A stretch of 64,000 nucleotides of DNA from Mobula hypostoma. Lineage: Eukaryota. The DNA lies in assembly GCF_963921235.1 (NCBI RefSeq), contig NC_086097.1, positions 145,888,001 through 145,952,000 of the forward strand, in the 5' to 3' direction. A model generated the notes under the pieces. It was not told the DNA's origin. It did no database searches and worked only from the letters and a program-made list of their open reading frames with translations. The translations under genes were made by a program, and so were the position numbers. This document shows positions 39,706 through 52,480 of the stretch, piece by piece. Position 1 is the first letter of the stretch. Every line of letters begins with the position of its first letter.

Positions 39706-39904
39706 TGTAACCTTGAATTTCTCACACAGATACTGCTTGGCCTGATGAGTATTTTTATCATTTGCACTTATTTCGGATTTTCTGTAATTGCAGCATTCTG
39801 TGTCTTGCATTTTGTGCAATGGTTTTGTTTTCTCCTTTGTTCAAAGTGATCTGCTTCTATTAACATCTATTCTAGACAAATTAACTGCAATTAATAATCA
39901 TCTT

Positions 39905-40055
39905 TCAGGTTTTCTCCCACAGTTCAAAGACATACTGGTTAGTAGGTTAATTGGTCATTGTAATTTGTCCGGTGATTAGGCTGGGATTAAGTCAGTGGGT
40001 TGCTGGGTGGTGCGGCTTGAGGTTGGAAGGGTGTGTTCCACTTTGTTTCTCTGCG
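39905..40055 (+). mobile_element. V-SINE 3' fragment
   Basis: CTCCCACAGTTCAAAGACATACTGGTTAGTAGGTTAATTGGTCATTG. Confidence 0.7.
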
Positions 40056-40620
40056 GACATTTTACAAGAATTTACCTCTGGTCCTAGTCTCATTCATTAT
40101 AGGAAGCATCCTTTTCATACCTACTCTATCTAGGCCTTTCAATATTCGACAGGTTTCAATGAGATACCTCCTCATTCTTCTGAACGCCAGCGTGTATAGG
40201 CCCAGAGCCATTAAATATTCCTTATACATTAACCCTTTCATTCCTGGAATCATCTCGTGAACCACCTCTGGATACTGTCCGATGACAGCAGATCTTTTCT
40301 TACATAATGGACCCAAAACTGCTCACAATACTCCAAGTGTGATCTGACCAAAGACTTATAAAGCCTCAACATTACAATCTCGTCTTTATATCCTAATCCT
40401 CTTGAAATGAATGGTAATGTTGCACTTGCCTTCCTTACTACTGACTCAACCTGCAAGTTAATGTTTAGGAAATCCTGCACTGGGACTCCCAACTCACTTT
40501 GTGCCTCTCTTAATCTGTCTGCAAACTCCCTGCTTCTTCAACACAACCTGCTCTCCATTTATCTTAGTATCACTTGAAAACTTGGCCAAAAATCCATCAA
40601 TTCCATCATCCAATTCCTGG
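40055..40620 (-). mobile_element. CR1 RT fragment
   Basis: LRLYKSLVRSHLEYCEQFW; RRMRRYLIETCRILKG. Confidence 0.85.
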
Positions 40621-40624
40621 TATC

Positions 40625-41060
40625 TTTCAATATGCAGTTGAAACTCTCAATGAAGTTGAGCCACTGCCTTCTTCGAGATTGCATAAGTGTGTTGGGCCCA
40701 GGCTCTGAGATGTTACTGCCCAGACTTAAAGCTACTCACCTTTTCCACGGCTGTCCTCTCAATGAGGACTGGTGTGTGTTCTCTCATCTTCCCCTTCCTG
40801 AAGTCCACAATCAGTTCCTTGGTCTTGCTGATGTTGAATGTGAGGGGGTTGTTATGACACCAATCAATCAGCCGATCTATCTCTCTTTGGTATTCCTCCT
40901 TATGGCCATTTCAGATTCTGTCAACAACAGTGATGTCACCAGCAAACTTATAGATGATGTTTGCGTTCTGCACAGCCATAAATGTAGAAAGCGTAGAGTA
41001 GTGGCCATACATATGTCCTTAGTGTGTTCCTGTGTTAATAGTCAGTGAGGAGGAGGTGTC
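40625..41060 (-). mobile_element. Rex1-type RT fragment
   Basis: Minus strand encodes YKFAGD and NISKTKELIVDFR. Confidence 0.75.
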
Positions 41061-42246
41061 CAGAAGGATCATGATCCCATGACTTTACTGACATTTAGTC
41101 AATGCACACTGTCTCTGCCATCTTGCATTCATACAGTAACTTACAAAATGGTCCTTCTCAGGACTGCAAAACCAAAATGCAAAGTTGCTAATATGGCCAT
41201 AGATGTTACAGTAGTTGTATTGACATGTAGTAAAAATTCAATGTGAACAATCTGATTCAACTTTGGACAAATGCCAGGTCAGGAATGGAACTGGTGACAT
41301 GGTGTGAAGATCATGACTTAAGTATTCCCAGGAGTTGTTAGTGGATATTTACGTAGGATGAGCATTTTGAGAATTCGAAAACATAGAAGGGTCAAATAAA
41401 GTGATGGTAAATCATAAGCAAATCAATTCATAATTGTTAGAAAGGAGACAATGGAGACAAACTATACACAACTTAGTTATCTATTGGAATAAATTGGGAG
41501 CTTGAGATAAAAAATACCCTGCTAAACTTTGCTTTCACAGAAAAAAATATGTAATTCCAGGAGATTGGGAGCTATTTGACTCTGAACATGAATCCTTTAG
41601 TGACATATTTATAATGTCAAGAGTGCAATGAGGACCTTGGGCTAGCTACCAATGTGAGAGAGAAACTTTAAAATAGAGTAAGAATTTGGCAGGCATCCTG
41701 ATGGACAGGCCAGAACAATAAATGTACATCTGGAATTGTAAGCGGCTTGTTGAATTTGGACATGATTTAATACTCATTTATTTATGAGTTCTAATGTCAG
41801 ATCTTTTTCCAGTTGCAATAAATTCTTGGAAGGCAATTAAAGGGATCTTTAAGCATTTTATTTTGCTGTTGTAATTTTATGGTAGCAATGATATACACTG
41901 ATCATTATATGTGTGTCCTCTTCTTTATTAACAAGCTGGGTTAATAGATGTAAATGGAGTCTTTTGGCTCAAAGATACCAAACCTTTGTTCTGCTATCAT
42001 GCAGCTTGCCGATGGTCTCGATTAAGGCTGGTTTGTAAATGGCTTGTAATTAAATAGAATAAGTAAAATATTCTTTGTGAGCTAATGATTGGATCTCACC
42101 TGTGGTTTATTCTAACTTCTGCACTAGAAGGCTGTTGTCCAATACCCTCTCCAGAGATTTGACTCCACTGAAGGGAAGCAGTTGGGGGATGCTTGATGTG
42201 CCATTTTAAATTAAGGGCCTGTCTGCTGTCTCAGTTGGATCTAATA

Positions 42247-43080
42247 CAGGTCCACAATCCCTTATCCGAAATCCTTGGGGCCAGTTGCATTTTGGAATTC
42301 AGAATTTTTCAGATTTCAGAATCCCTCCTTATTGGTTCTGGGACCCCCCGCCCACCCGCGGATACCAAAAAGCATGTATACTCAGTCCCTTATTTAACCT
42401 GTCTCAGTGCGTTGGACTTTAGGACCCAGCAGAAATCCGGACCTATGCACATCCTCCCGTATACTTTAAGTCATCTCTCGATTACTTATAATACCTAATA
42501 CAATGTAGATGCTATGTAAATAGTTGTTATACTGTATTGTTTAGGGAATAAGGACAAGAAAAAAACATTCAATAAAACATAAAAATATACAGCTTCAAAT
42601 GAACCGAATCAAACACAGGGTAAATGACTTATTGGAATAAATATAGAACATCACTATCACTATAAAACTTCAGTAACTTGTCTTTCTGTTTCTTTAAATC
42701 ATATACAGTGACACCATATTCTTCAGTAAGACGCCGCACAGACACAGCATGATCAAGCTTTTGCAATAACTCCACTTTCTGCGTTACTGATAATGATAGA
42801 TGCTTCCTTCTCTTTTTCTCATTGTTACCCATAGGGATATCTGCAGCTCTTTTTGACATTTTCACAGTGAAAATAAACACAAAGTCAACAGTGAACACAA
42901 AATATCAGCGAACTGCAAATGCACGTGTAACCAGTACGAGCGCTGAGCCACAACTGACGTCTGGCAGCTTCTGTTAGTGCTGCCACATCACACCTGGGTG
43001 ACGGCAGCTGTTGGCGAAAAAAACTTTGGTTTTCGGAGCTTTTTGGATTTCAGAATTTCAGATAAGGGATTGTGAACCTG
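42247..43080 (-). mobile_element. Non-autonomous Tigger (pogo) element, Tigger4/Zombi-like, with an internal MER2-like segment
   Basis: 26 bp TIRs CAGGTCCACAATCCCTTATCCGAAAT (2 mismatches), TA TSDs; ORF MSKRAADIPMGNNEKKRRKHLSLSVTQKVELLQKLD (CENP-B-type HTH). Confidence 0.92.
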
Positions 43081-43166
43081 TACCATTATTCTGAAAAACA
43101 ATGGGTCTTTTCCTTGTGTGCTGTCTCCAAATCAACCTTGCTAAAGAATACATTATATCACACATA

Positions 43167-43728
43167 CACTCAGTGGCCACTTTATTTGGTACACTTACTC
43201 ACTAATTCAAAAACTAATCAGCCAATCATGTTGCAGCAACTCAATGCATAAAAGCATGCAGACATGGTCAAGGGGTTTAGTTGTTGTTGAGACCAAACAT
43301 CAGAATGGGGAAGAAATATGACCTAAGTGACTTTGACCATTGAATGATTGTTGGTTCCAGATGGGAGTGGTTTGAATATCTCAGAAATTGCTGATTTTCT
43401 GGGATTTTCACCCACAACAGTCTCTAGAGTTTACAGAGAATGGTGCAAAAAAAAACCCCCAAAAAAGTCCAGTGAGTAGCATTTTTGTAGGCAAAAATGA
43501 CTTGCTAATGAAAGAGGTCGGAGGAGAATGCCAAAATGGTTCAAGCTGACAGGAAGGTGACAATAACTCAAATAATCATGTGTTATAACAGTGGTATGCA
43601 GAAGAGCATTTCTGAATGCACAACACATTGAACCCTGAGGTGGATGGGCTACAGCAGCAGAAAACCATGAACATGCACCCAGTGGCCACTTTATTAGGTA
43701 CAGGAGGGAGCTAATAAAGTGACCACTG
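43167..43728 (+). mobile_element. Non-autonomous Tc1 element, same family as 35292-35804
   Basis: TIR CACTCAGTGGCCACTTTATT, with an internal repeat of it near 43676; MGKKYDLSDFD remnant. Confidence 0.88.
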
Positions 43729-44724
43729 TATATCACACTGCACCTTGTGGGTGCTGACTGTTAGCAAATTTGCTGCTGTATTATAATAGTCACTAAGCTT
43801 CATATAATAATCCTTTTTCTGTAAACAGATTTAGATGATCTGAAAATATGAAGCGCATAATTTAAATGAAAAATCTTAATCTCACACCAGTTCCCTAATT
43901 GAATAGTGCTGATACACTAAGATTATCAGTGCTCATTTTCTGGTGAGCTTTATGTTTATAGGTGGCTCGAGCCTTTATCCGGACTCTCAGAGCTCCCCTG
44001 ATTGTGAACGTGGGCAAGTCGGCAATAAGAGAAACTGTGCATTACAGACTGGATATTTAAGAATTTGATTGTATATGATTAGACCCATGTTTAAAACAAA
44101 GCAATAGCTTTTCTAGTCTTCCAGACATAATTTGAACCACACCCCAAAAAAAACAGTGCTATTCTCTAGCCAGGGAACGAAAGCAAGGAAATTCCCCCTT
44201 GGCTCAAAAACACAGATAAAATCATTTGTAACCTTGTTCTTCTAAGAGCAGATGAATATATAGTTTGTTTTAGATCATGTTCTTCAGTCCTTTATTTTAA
44301 CTAAGTTGTTAGCTCTGGGAAATTAAAGGTCACACGAATGTAATATGATCCTCAAGCATTAGGGTCATATTGCTGGCAGTGAGAACTTCTAGGCTTATAT
44401 TTCAAAGTGCTGTTGACCCCAGTTATCCTTTTGCCGCTGAGTGTACGGGAGGGAACTGAAAATTGCCAGTGGACATCAAGTCATAACCTCCACCAATATG
44501 GATCAAGTTTCATATTATAGTTTTAAACCATAGGTACAAGTTCAGCCATTTAACCCTCCCCCATCATTCAATATAAGTAGCTAATCAGTTCCTCTGTGCT
44601 ACTTCCCCACCTTTGATTCAAGTCCTTTGATACATTCTGACACAGCAAAAGTTAATAGATGTCAGCCTTGAAAATGTCAGCTGAAAGAAAGAATTACACT
44701 TGTGCAGCATTTTAAGGCCCAGTT

Positions 44725-45690
44725 TAGTTCACTGAGAGTGGCTACACAAATGGATAAAGTGGTAAAGAGGGCACTTGGCATGCTTGCCTTCATTGGCAGG
44801 GGTGTTGATTATATGAGTAGGCATGCCACAGTTCTATAAATCCCTAGTCATGTCAGACTGACATATTTCACACTGCAGGAGCAAGTTCTGAGGGATACAC
44901 TGAAGCTTGGTGCACCCACAGCAATGTCTCAGTGGGGAAGGACAACAGGACAGGTTTTTCCACTACTTGGCAGGGAGAGGCCGGGTTGGATGAGAAATTC
45001 CCTCAGTTATTGCAGCATGCAGCACCTCGGGCCACGTGAGCGGCAATACTGCTATTGCTTTTAAGAAATGTAATTGAACACTGTGAATGTAAGAATGAAA
45101 AGGCGTTGCACAGTTCATTTTTGTAATTGTTAAAAGTATGAATCAAGTTTATTTTGATTTTAAAAGAAAGCTTTAGTCAGTCTGCACTTGGAGGTTTGCA
45201 TGAAATTCTGGTCACTCCGTTACAGGAAGGGTGTGAAGACTATGGAGTGTGTACAGCAAAGGTTCACAAGGATGCTGCCTGGATTAGAAGGTATAAGCTG
45301 TAAGGAAAGGTTGACAACTTACGTTGTTCTCCCTAGTGTACTGGAGACTGAAAAGGGACCTGGTAGAAGTTTTAAAAAATTATGAGAGGCATAGATAAGG
45401 CAAATAGTCAAAATCTTCTCCCCAAGGTAGAAATGCCAAACACTGGAGGATATACTTTTAAGGTCAGAGGGGGAGAAGTTTAAAGATGATGTGAGGGGCA
45501 AGTTTTTGTTGGAAAGACTGGTAGGTGCCTGGATTCAGTTACCAGAGTTGCAGTGGAATTGCACAGATTGGTGGAATTTGAGAGATTTTTAGATACGTGA
45601 ATATGAAAAGAATAGAGGGATATGGATGATGAACAGCAGGAATCATGGGCCGAATGGTCTGGTGCTGTACTGTTTTATGTTCTATGTCAT
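44725..45690 (+). mobile_element. CR1 3' part interrupted by a Tx1 stub
   Basis: ECVQQRFTRMLPGLEG; tail TTTTATGTTCTATG. Confidence 0.8.
44850..45170 (+). mobile_element. Tx1/L1-clade LINE 3' stub
   Basis: Encodes CQTDIFHTAG/LQEQVLRDTLKLGAPTAMSQWGRTT, like a Tx1 ORF2 C-terminus (recalled); A-rich tail; TAGTCA on both sides. Confidence 0.65.
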
Positions 45691-47319
45691 AACTTGGACT
45701 TTTTGAGAGAAAATTCCAGACTTTCATTGACCTTTGCATGAAAACGTATTTTCCAGTTTAACTCATGCATAAGCTTGACTTCCCTATTCTGAATCAAGAT
45801 AATGTCCTCTTCTGAATTCCCACCTGTAAAACTAATGTCTTGATACTTGTCCTCTTGAATTCTATAACCATTTTAATACCACAATTAAATCACACCTCAA
45901 TTTTCTGAAGTCAAGGGAGAGCATGCCAAGTTAAATAATTATTCTCATAATTTAACACTTTTAGCCCTAATGCCTTTCTAGTGAATCTGCTCTGCATCTC
46001 AATGCAAGATCAATATAGTCTCGCGGCATAAGATGCCTAGAAATGAATGCAGTTCTCTAGGTGGATTCTGCCCAAGGCTTGACACAAATGAAGCATAACT
46101 TATTTCCTTTTGGATTCCAGTCACACATGGATTGCCTCTACTGCATATCAAGAAAGCTCGGACCACCTCTTCCCAATTTCCTGTTACCCTATTTCTCTGT
46201 AAGTGCTGTGGCCTCCTTGTTCCACAGTTAGCAGAGGGCCAACCTATAAATGTATTTTACTGCTGCTCAGTGAAAGTGAACCTAGTTGTTCAGCTGCTGG
46301 ATTCGCGCTTTGTATCCATCCTAACTTTACCTCCATCCCCAAGTCTGCAGTGCTCTAACACTTCAGTTACATACTTTCTTTGAAGTGTTCACTATCTACT
46401 TTGATAGAAGCTCAAGCAAGGGAACCGTACACTAAATTTCAAACTTATTGAAAAATTGGTATCGTGAATCAGCAGTCCGAAAATTAGAATTGTCCTGTAA
46501 ATCATAAGTTTGAAAAATGGCAGGGTGGGCCATAATACAGTAATGAAGTAGGTGTACCAAATTAATCTCATTGGCTGAAAACCATCTTTACTGCCAAGTT
46601 TGTATGGCCACAACTTTAATGCAAGTGGAATTTAATGCAAAACAACAACAAAAAGTTGCATATCCATATCCCCGCAGCAGAAAAAGTACTTCACTGGAAC
46701 AATGCCAAATAAGATTGACCTGAAACACAAGAGGAGATTTTAGGACAGATAACCAAAAGCTTAGAATAAGGGCATAGAGAAGCACCCTGAATTGCTGAAC
46801 ATTTCCATATTTTTTTAAAGTTCCAGCATATGCAGTAGTTTCCTTCTGTATCATGTAAGCTAATTATTTGACTGTTTTCACACTGCTGTTTAAGCCCTGC
46901 TGAAATTGTTCAACATTCACGTGCAAGGGGATATCCTCCCTGAAGTGTGGTGCCTGGAAATGGGTGTGATTGGTTCTGATGTGCAAATAAATTAATTACC
47001 CCTGTGCTTCATATTATCTGATTCAGATAGCTGAGATTCTCCCTCCAAACATATTAGCACATGTCCTAGTTAATCTTCTGTGCTATAGTGAGGGAGTGTT
47101 CCACTGTTGGAGGTATTGCTTATTACATTTATAACATTACAACAGCAGATAACATTCTCATTTGATAGTTAGTGTACTGTGTTGTCCTGGATTTATGAAA
47201 GGCATTAAATCTATAAGTCTTCCATGGCCTTTTTATGACTCGTTAATTTGACAATACTCACATGTAAAGAATGAATGGAGCTATGCAAGACTATCATTGA
47301 AGGTAATATTGTCGCATAA

Positions 47320-47660
47320 TATGATAATGTAGTGGTTAATTTATTGAACTCATAACCAAAGTTCTGCACTATTGGTCTGGAGACATGAGCTTGAATTGTA
47401 CCACAGCAGCAATGGAATTTAAGCTGAAGTAAATAAATACAGCTGGAATGAAGAAAAAAACAATCTAGTAATGATAACATAGAACTAAAGAGTTGTTGTT
47501 AAAAACCCATTAAATCCACCAATACCTCTCAGGAAAGGACATTGGATATTCTGATCTAGTCTGACTTGTATGTGACTTTAGCCCACTCTTAACTGGCTCC
47601 CTGAAATGGCCTAATAAGCCAATCAGTTCAGAGGCAATAAGAGATAGCTAATACAAGTAT
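47320..47660 (+). mobile_element. Old tRNA-derived SINE
   Basis: TGTAGTGGTTAA head; AAAAACCCAT..CTCTTAACTG..CCTGAAATGGCCTAATAAGCCAATCAGTTC resembles a recalled shark SINE body. Confidence 0.55.
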
Positions 47661-48188
47661 TAATGATAACATTTATTAAGTATAGGGTGAGGTGATATTT
47701 GTGTTGACTTTCGTTGTTTTAGCTTTGAGGTACTGTATGTTTCTGTTAGAATAAAAAATAAAGCTAACAGGTTTATGGAATCCTGGTTTTCAAGGAGCAT
47801 TGAGGCTGTGGTTAAGAAGAAGGAGGTGCAAAGCAGGTGTAGGCAGCAAGGAACAAATGAGGCACTTGAGGAGTATAAGAAATGCAAGAGAACACTTAAG
47901 AGGGAAATCAGGTGGGCCAAAAAAAGGCATGAGGTTGGTCTGGCAGACAAGGTGAAGGAGAACCCCAAGGGCTTCTCCATATATATTAAGAGCATAAAGG
48001 ATAGCAAGGAGCAAAACTGGTCTACCTGCAGATCAACATGGTTATCTCTGCATCTGTGGATCATATCTGGATTACTGAAGTGGAGGTGGTAGTTGTTTCA
48101 ATTCAAGTTAGGGTGGATAAGTCCCCAGGGACTGGCAGGTTGTCCCCTCACACCTTATTTCAGGCTAGTGCAGCAAGTGCAGGGTCCT

Positions 48189-48964
48189 CTATTTACTTAG
48201 CACCCATGATGGCACTGGCATTTAGGGCAGCAATGAAGGTCCTCCATCTCTGTCTGTCCTTGGCCAACTTCTCTATTGTGCCCCAGGCGTGGTTCAAGGT
48301 CCTCATTTCTGCCTCTACAGTATGGCATCAAGTTGCCTTTGGCTTCCACATTCCTCTGTCGTTCAGAAGTCCAATGAAGTGCTGCCTTAATTATAGATTT
48401 GATGTCTCGTCTTATCACATGCCCAATCCATCTGCAACATTTCCCCATGATGTTTGTGGTCATGTCCTCTCGATGGCTCTGAAGGAATAGGATGTGGTTG
48501 GAGATCTTTCTTGGCTAGGAAATATGCAGAATCTGCTGGAGGCTTGAGGTGTGGAATGACAACGGCTTGGCAAGGTCGTTCTCTGTCATGCCCCAGCATT
48601 CTGCTCCACACAAGAGCGTGGGCAGAACACATCTCTGGCAGAGCCGTGGACGCTGTACTTTGTTGATTCCTATACGTTGCTTATTGATCTGAAAGTATCT
48701 CTAGCTTTGCTGGGTCTGCACTGGATGTCATCCATGGTTCCACCATACTGCCGAATGATGCTGCCCAGATAGGTGAACCTACCGGTGCTGGGTAAGCCAG
48801 CGCCATATGCTGTGACCGGAGCAGGAGACTCTACATTGAGGGTCATGGCCCCAGTCTTTCTCTGGCTGATTCTGCGTCCACTCTGTCCACCAAAGGTACA
48901 CAAGCTCTGAGTTTCCTCCTGCGTGTGCTGGTGTGTAGGCAATAGTAATGCGAGGTCATCCCCA
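48189..48964 (-). mobile_element. RTE-clade LINE 3' fragment
   Basis: FTYLGSII, RWIGHVIRR..ALHWT; AAGTGCAGGG duplicated at 48175-48184 and 48965-48974. Confidence 0.85.
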
Positions 48965-49092
48965 AAGTGCAGGGGCCCTGGCTGACATGTTTTAAATGGC
49001 CTTAGCTATGGGTGATGTGACAGATGACTGGAGGACAGCTAAGAATAAGATGGGAAATTTTAGGCTGGTGAACCTGACAACAGTGATGTGTA

Positions 49093-49325
49093 TATTTATT
49101 TAATTAGTGATACTGCACGAAAACAGGCCCTTTCAGCCCGAAGTGCCTGCACCACCCTTTTTACACCCTTGTGACTATTTAACCTACTAACCTGTACACC
49201 TTTGGAAGGTGGGAAGAAACTGCAACACTCAGAGGAAACCCATGCAGCCATGGTGTGAACGCATAAGCTTCTTACGTACAAGGGTGGAATGGTAATAGCA
49301 TTATGCTAACTGCTACACTACGAGG
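49093..49325 (-). mobile_element. V-SINE (HE1-like)
   Basis: GGGAAGAAACTGCAACACTCAGAGGAAACCCATGCA (reverse V-domain). Confidence 0.75.
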
Positions 49326-50010
49326 CTTCCCCTATTATTGGAAGGTACTCTAAAGGACAGGATGTATAAGTCTTTTGATAGACAGGGCCTGATTAGGAAT
49401 TGTCAGCATGGCTTTGTGCATGGTAGGTTGTGTTTAACCGATTTTATAGAGTTTTTTTGAGGAGTTTACCAGGAAACGATGAAAGAAAGACACTTGACAT
49501 TGTCTACATGGACTTTAGCAAGGCCTTTGACTAGGCCATGCCTGGGAGTCTGGTCAAGAAGGTTCAGGCTCTTGGCATTCAGGATGAAGTACCAAATTGG
49601 ATTTGACAGTGGCTTAGTAGGGAAGCCAGAGAGTGCCAACAGATGGTTGCCTCTCTGTCTGCATGCCTGTGACTAGTTGTGTGCCGCAGATCTGCTGGAT
49701 TTGTTGTTTTTCTGTCATCTATATTAATGATTTGGAAGACAATGCGGTAAACCAAATCAGGAAGTTTGCAGATGACATAAAGATTGGGGGGCTAAGTGGA
49801 CAGCAAGGAAGGCTATCAAATCTTGCAGTGGGATTTGGACGAACTTCAAAAATTATATGAAAAATGGCAGATGGAATTTAATGTACATAAGTGCAAAATG
49901 TTTCGCTTTGGGAGGACAAACCAGGGTAGGACTTACGTAGTGACCGTAGGGCACTGAGGAGTTCAAAGGGACTGGAGATACAGATTCATAATTCCGTGAA
50001 AGTGGTGTCA

Positions 50011-50120
50011 TAAGAAGATAAGGTCCTGACAAAGGGTCTCGGCTGGAAAGGTCAACTGTACTTTTTTCCACAGATGCTGCCTGGCCTGCTGAGTTCCTCC
50101 AGCATTTTGAGTGTGTTGCT
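50011..50120 (+). mobile_element. Penelope terminal-repeat stub with a mutated hammerhead
   Basis: GGTCCTGACAAAGGGTCTCGGCTGGAAAGGTCAACTG..GATGCTGCCTGGCCTGCTGAGTTCCTCCAGC. Confidence 0.8.
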
Positions 50121-50643
50121 AGGGTTGTAAAGAGAACTTTTGGCACATTGGCCATCATAAATCAGAATATTGAGCATGGAAGTTGGGATGATGTTAAAGT
50201 TGTTTAAGATATTGGTGAGGCCAAATTTGGAGGATTGTATGCAGTTTTGCTCATCTACCTACAGGAAAGTTCTCAATAAGATTGAAAGATTGCAGAGAAC
50301 ATTTACACAGATGTTGCCAGGACTTGAGGACCTGAGTTACAGGGAAAGATTGAATATGTTAGCAGTTTATTCCCTGGAGTATAGGAGAATGAGGTGAGAT
50401 TTGATAGAAGTATACAAAATTATGAGGGATATAGGTCAGGTAAATGCAAGCAGACTTTTTCCGTGGAGGTTGAGTGAGACTAGAAATAGAAGTCATAGGT
50501 TAAGTGTGAAAGGTGAAATATTCAAGGGGAATCTGAATGGGAACTTCTTCACTTAATATGGTGATGCGAGTGTGGAATGAGCTGCCAGTGAAAGTGACGG
50601 CTGCAGGTTTGATTGCAAAATGTAAGAGAAGTTTGGATAAGTA

Positions 50644-50943
50644 GGGCATGACTTCAGGATTGAAGAGCGCCCTTTCAGAACAGAAATGCGAAGAAATTTT
50701 TTTAGTCAGAGGGTGGTGAATCTATGGAATTTGTTGCCATGGGCAGCAGTGGAGGCCAAGTCATTGGGTGTATTTAAGGCAAAGATTGATAGGTATCTGA
50801 GTAGCCAGGGCATCAAAGGTTATGGTGAGAAGGCGGGAGAGTGGGACTAAATGGGAGAATGGATCAGATCATGATAAAATGGCGGAGCAGACTCGATGGG
50901 CCGAATGGCCTACTTCTGCTCCTTTGTCTTATGGTCTATGGTC
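50644..50943 (+). mobile_element. CR1 3' stub
   Basis: TSD TAAGTA at 50638-50643 and 50944-50949; tail TCTTATGGTCTATGGTC. Confidence 0.85.
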
Positions 50944-52480
50944 TAAGTACATTGGATGGGTGGGGTATGGAGAGGTATAGTCCAGGTGCAGGTCGAGGGT
51001 ACTAGGCAGAGTAACAGCTTGGGATGGACTAGATGGGCCAAAGGCCCTGCCTCTGTGCTGTAGCTCTCTGTGACTTTAAGTACTGAAAGCAGAAACTTTC
51101 AGAAGTCACTCAGTATGATTTGATTATAACTGATCTGCTTGAAGTTCAGAGAGTGTGGATGTTGTTTGCGTGCAGAAGATCTGCTCAGGAAATCTGAGGT
51201 GAACTTAACATAACGGTAGAGCTAGAAACTGACCTTTAGTCTCCCTCCCCGTTCACAACTACCAAAGCACACCAAATTTCTAAATATAAACCACTCCTGC
51301 AGGGGCAAAGGCTGCCAAGACTGCTTTTAGCTATTTTAACTCTCTTATTTGCATACTGCACGTAAATTATTGCTTTCAGGAACCGAGTTCTATTTCATCC
51401 ACTTACTAGAACCGTCCTTTTGTGTTCCAGCAATACATTTTAATAGGTCTAACCTCCATACGTGCTCTGGTGTATTACAGAATGGGACATCCACTTTCCC
51501 TGATCCTATTCCTCACTTCCTCGAGGGATGGGTGTTTCCTCTGTGTGCAATTATTCCCATTGTTCTCCTGTCAGGTATAAGTTTAGCTGAAAAATCTGCC
51601 TACGCTGATCTCCAACCCACCTAAGATTCTTTTTAAAGTCTCACATGGTTGCTATGGAATGAATTATTGCACTGAATTATTCCACAGAAATGGTAGTGAT
51701 CTCGGCGTGCCGTCATTATTATTGGGAACAATATCTATGAGCTAATTATCTAATGGTGTCATGATATTTGAGTCGGAAATCTGTAGATGTGATTCCAACT
51801 CCATGTTCTTGAGCACAGAATTATGCAGATCCACCAGTGCTGAGTTTAGGGATGCGGTTTCTCAGGTGAATGTAGACTGGCCAAGATTTATCTGTCACCC
51901 ACTCTAAAATCTACCTTCATTATTTTCTTTGCTGTATGTTAATAGTTTATTTTATTTCTGATATTGGGACAGCAAGTATAATTTAAAGGCACCATCATTG
52001 GTACTGAAATGCTTTACGACCCACTGAGAACTGGAATGTAAGTCTGAGAGTCAGTCCAGAGGTATATAGCATAGAAACAGGCCCTTCGGCCCATTGAGTC
52101 CATACCAACCATCAACCATCTATTTCTACTAATCATACAATACTTTGCCTTTTATTCTCTGTGCATTCTCAGTAGCTCCCCCACATTTCACACGTATCTG
52201 AGATAGTGATTTATAGAGCTTTCAACACACTAGTTTACAAATTCTAAGATCTAAAATTATTTAAGATTTGTGCAAATTGTAAGCTAATTAATCTCCTAGT
52301 GCAATTTTTGCAATCTCAGCTGACAGCATTTCTTCCTTATAGAAAGTTTGGGTTACAGGAGAACAATGGGAATAATTGTACACAGAGGTGAAGAACAGGT
52401 CTCTGGCTCAGAGGAAGGTAAATGAGGTCATTTCCCTGGTCCAGATCTTCTGTGGTCTGGAACCAGTCAAGTCCAAAATG

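Larger units (their letters stand above)
42140..43800 (+). mobile_element. Old Deu-domain SINE in three pieces (42140-42246, 43081-43166, 43729-43800) split by two DNA transposons
   Basis: CTCCAGAGATTTGA..GGCCTGTCTGCTGTCTCAGTTGGATCTAA|CCATTATTCTGAA..|..GTGGGTGCTGACTGTTAGCAAATTTGCTGC resembles the recalled Deu domain. Confidence 0.5.
47725..51075 (+). mobile_element. Decayed CR1 ORF2 hosting four younger inserts
   Basis: WFSRSIEAVVKKKE, KFADDIKIGG, LVRPNLEDCMQF. Confidence 0.85.

Noticed and set aside
39274..39849. 191 aa ORF with HT and ER repeats
   Set aside because: Translation of a microsatellite and MITEs
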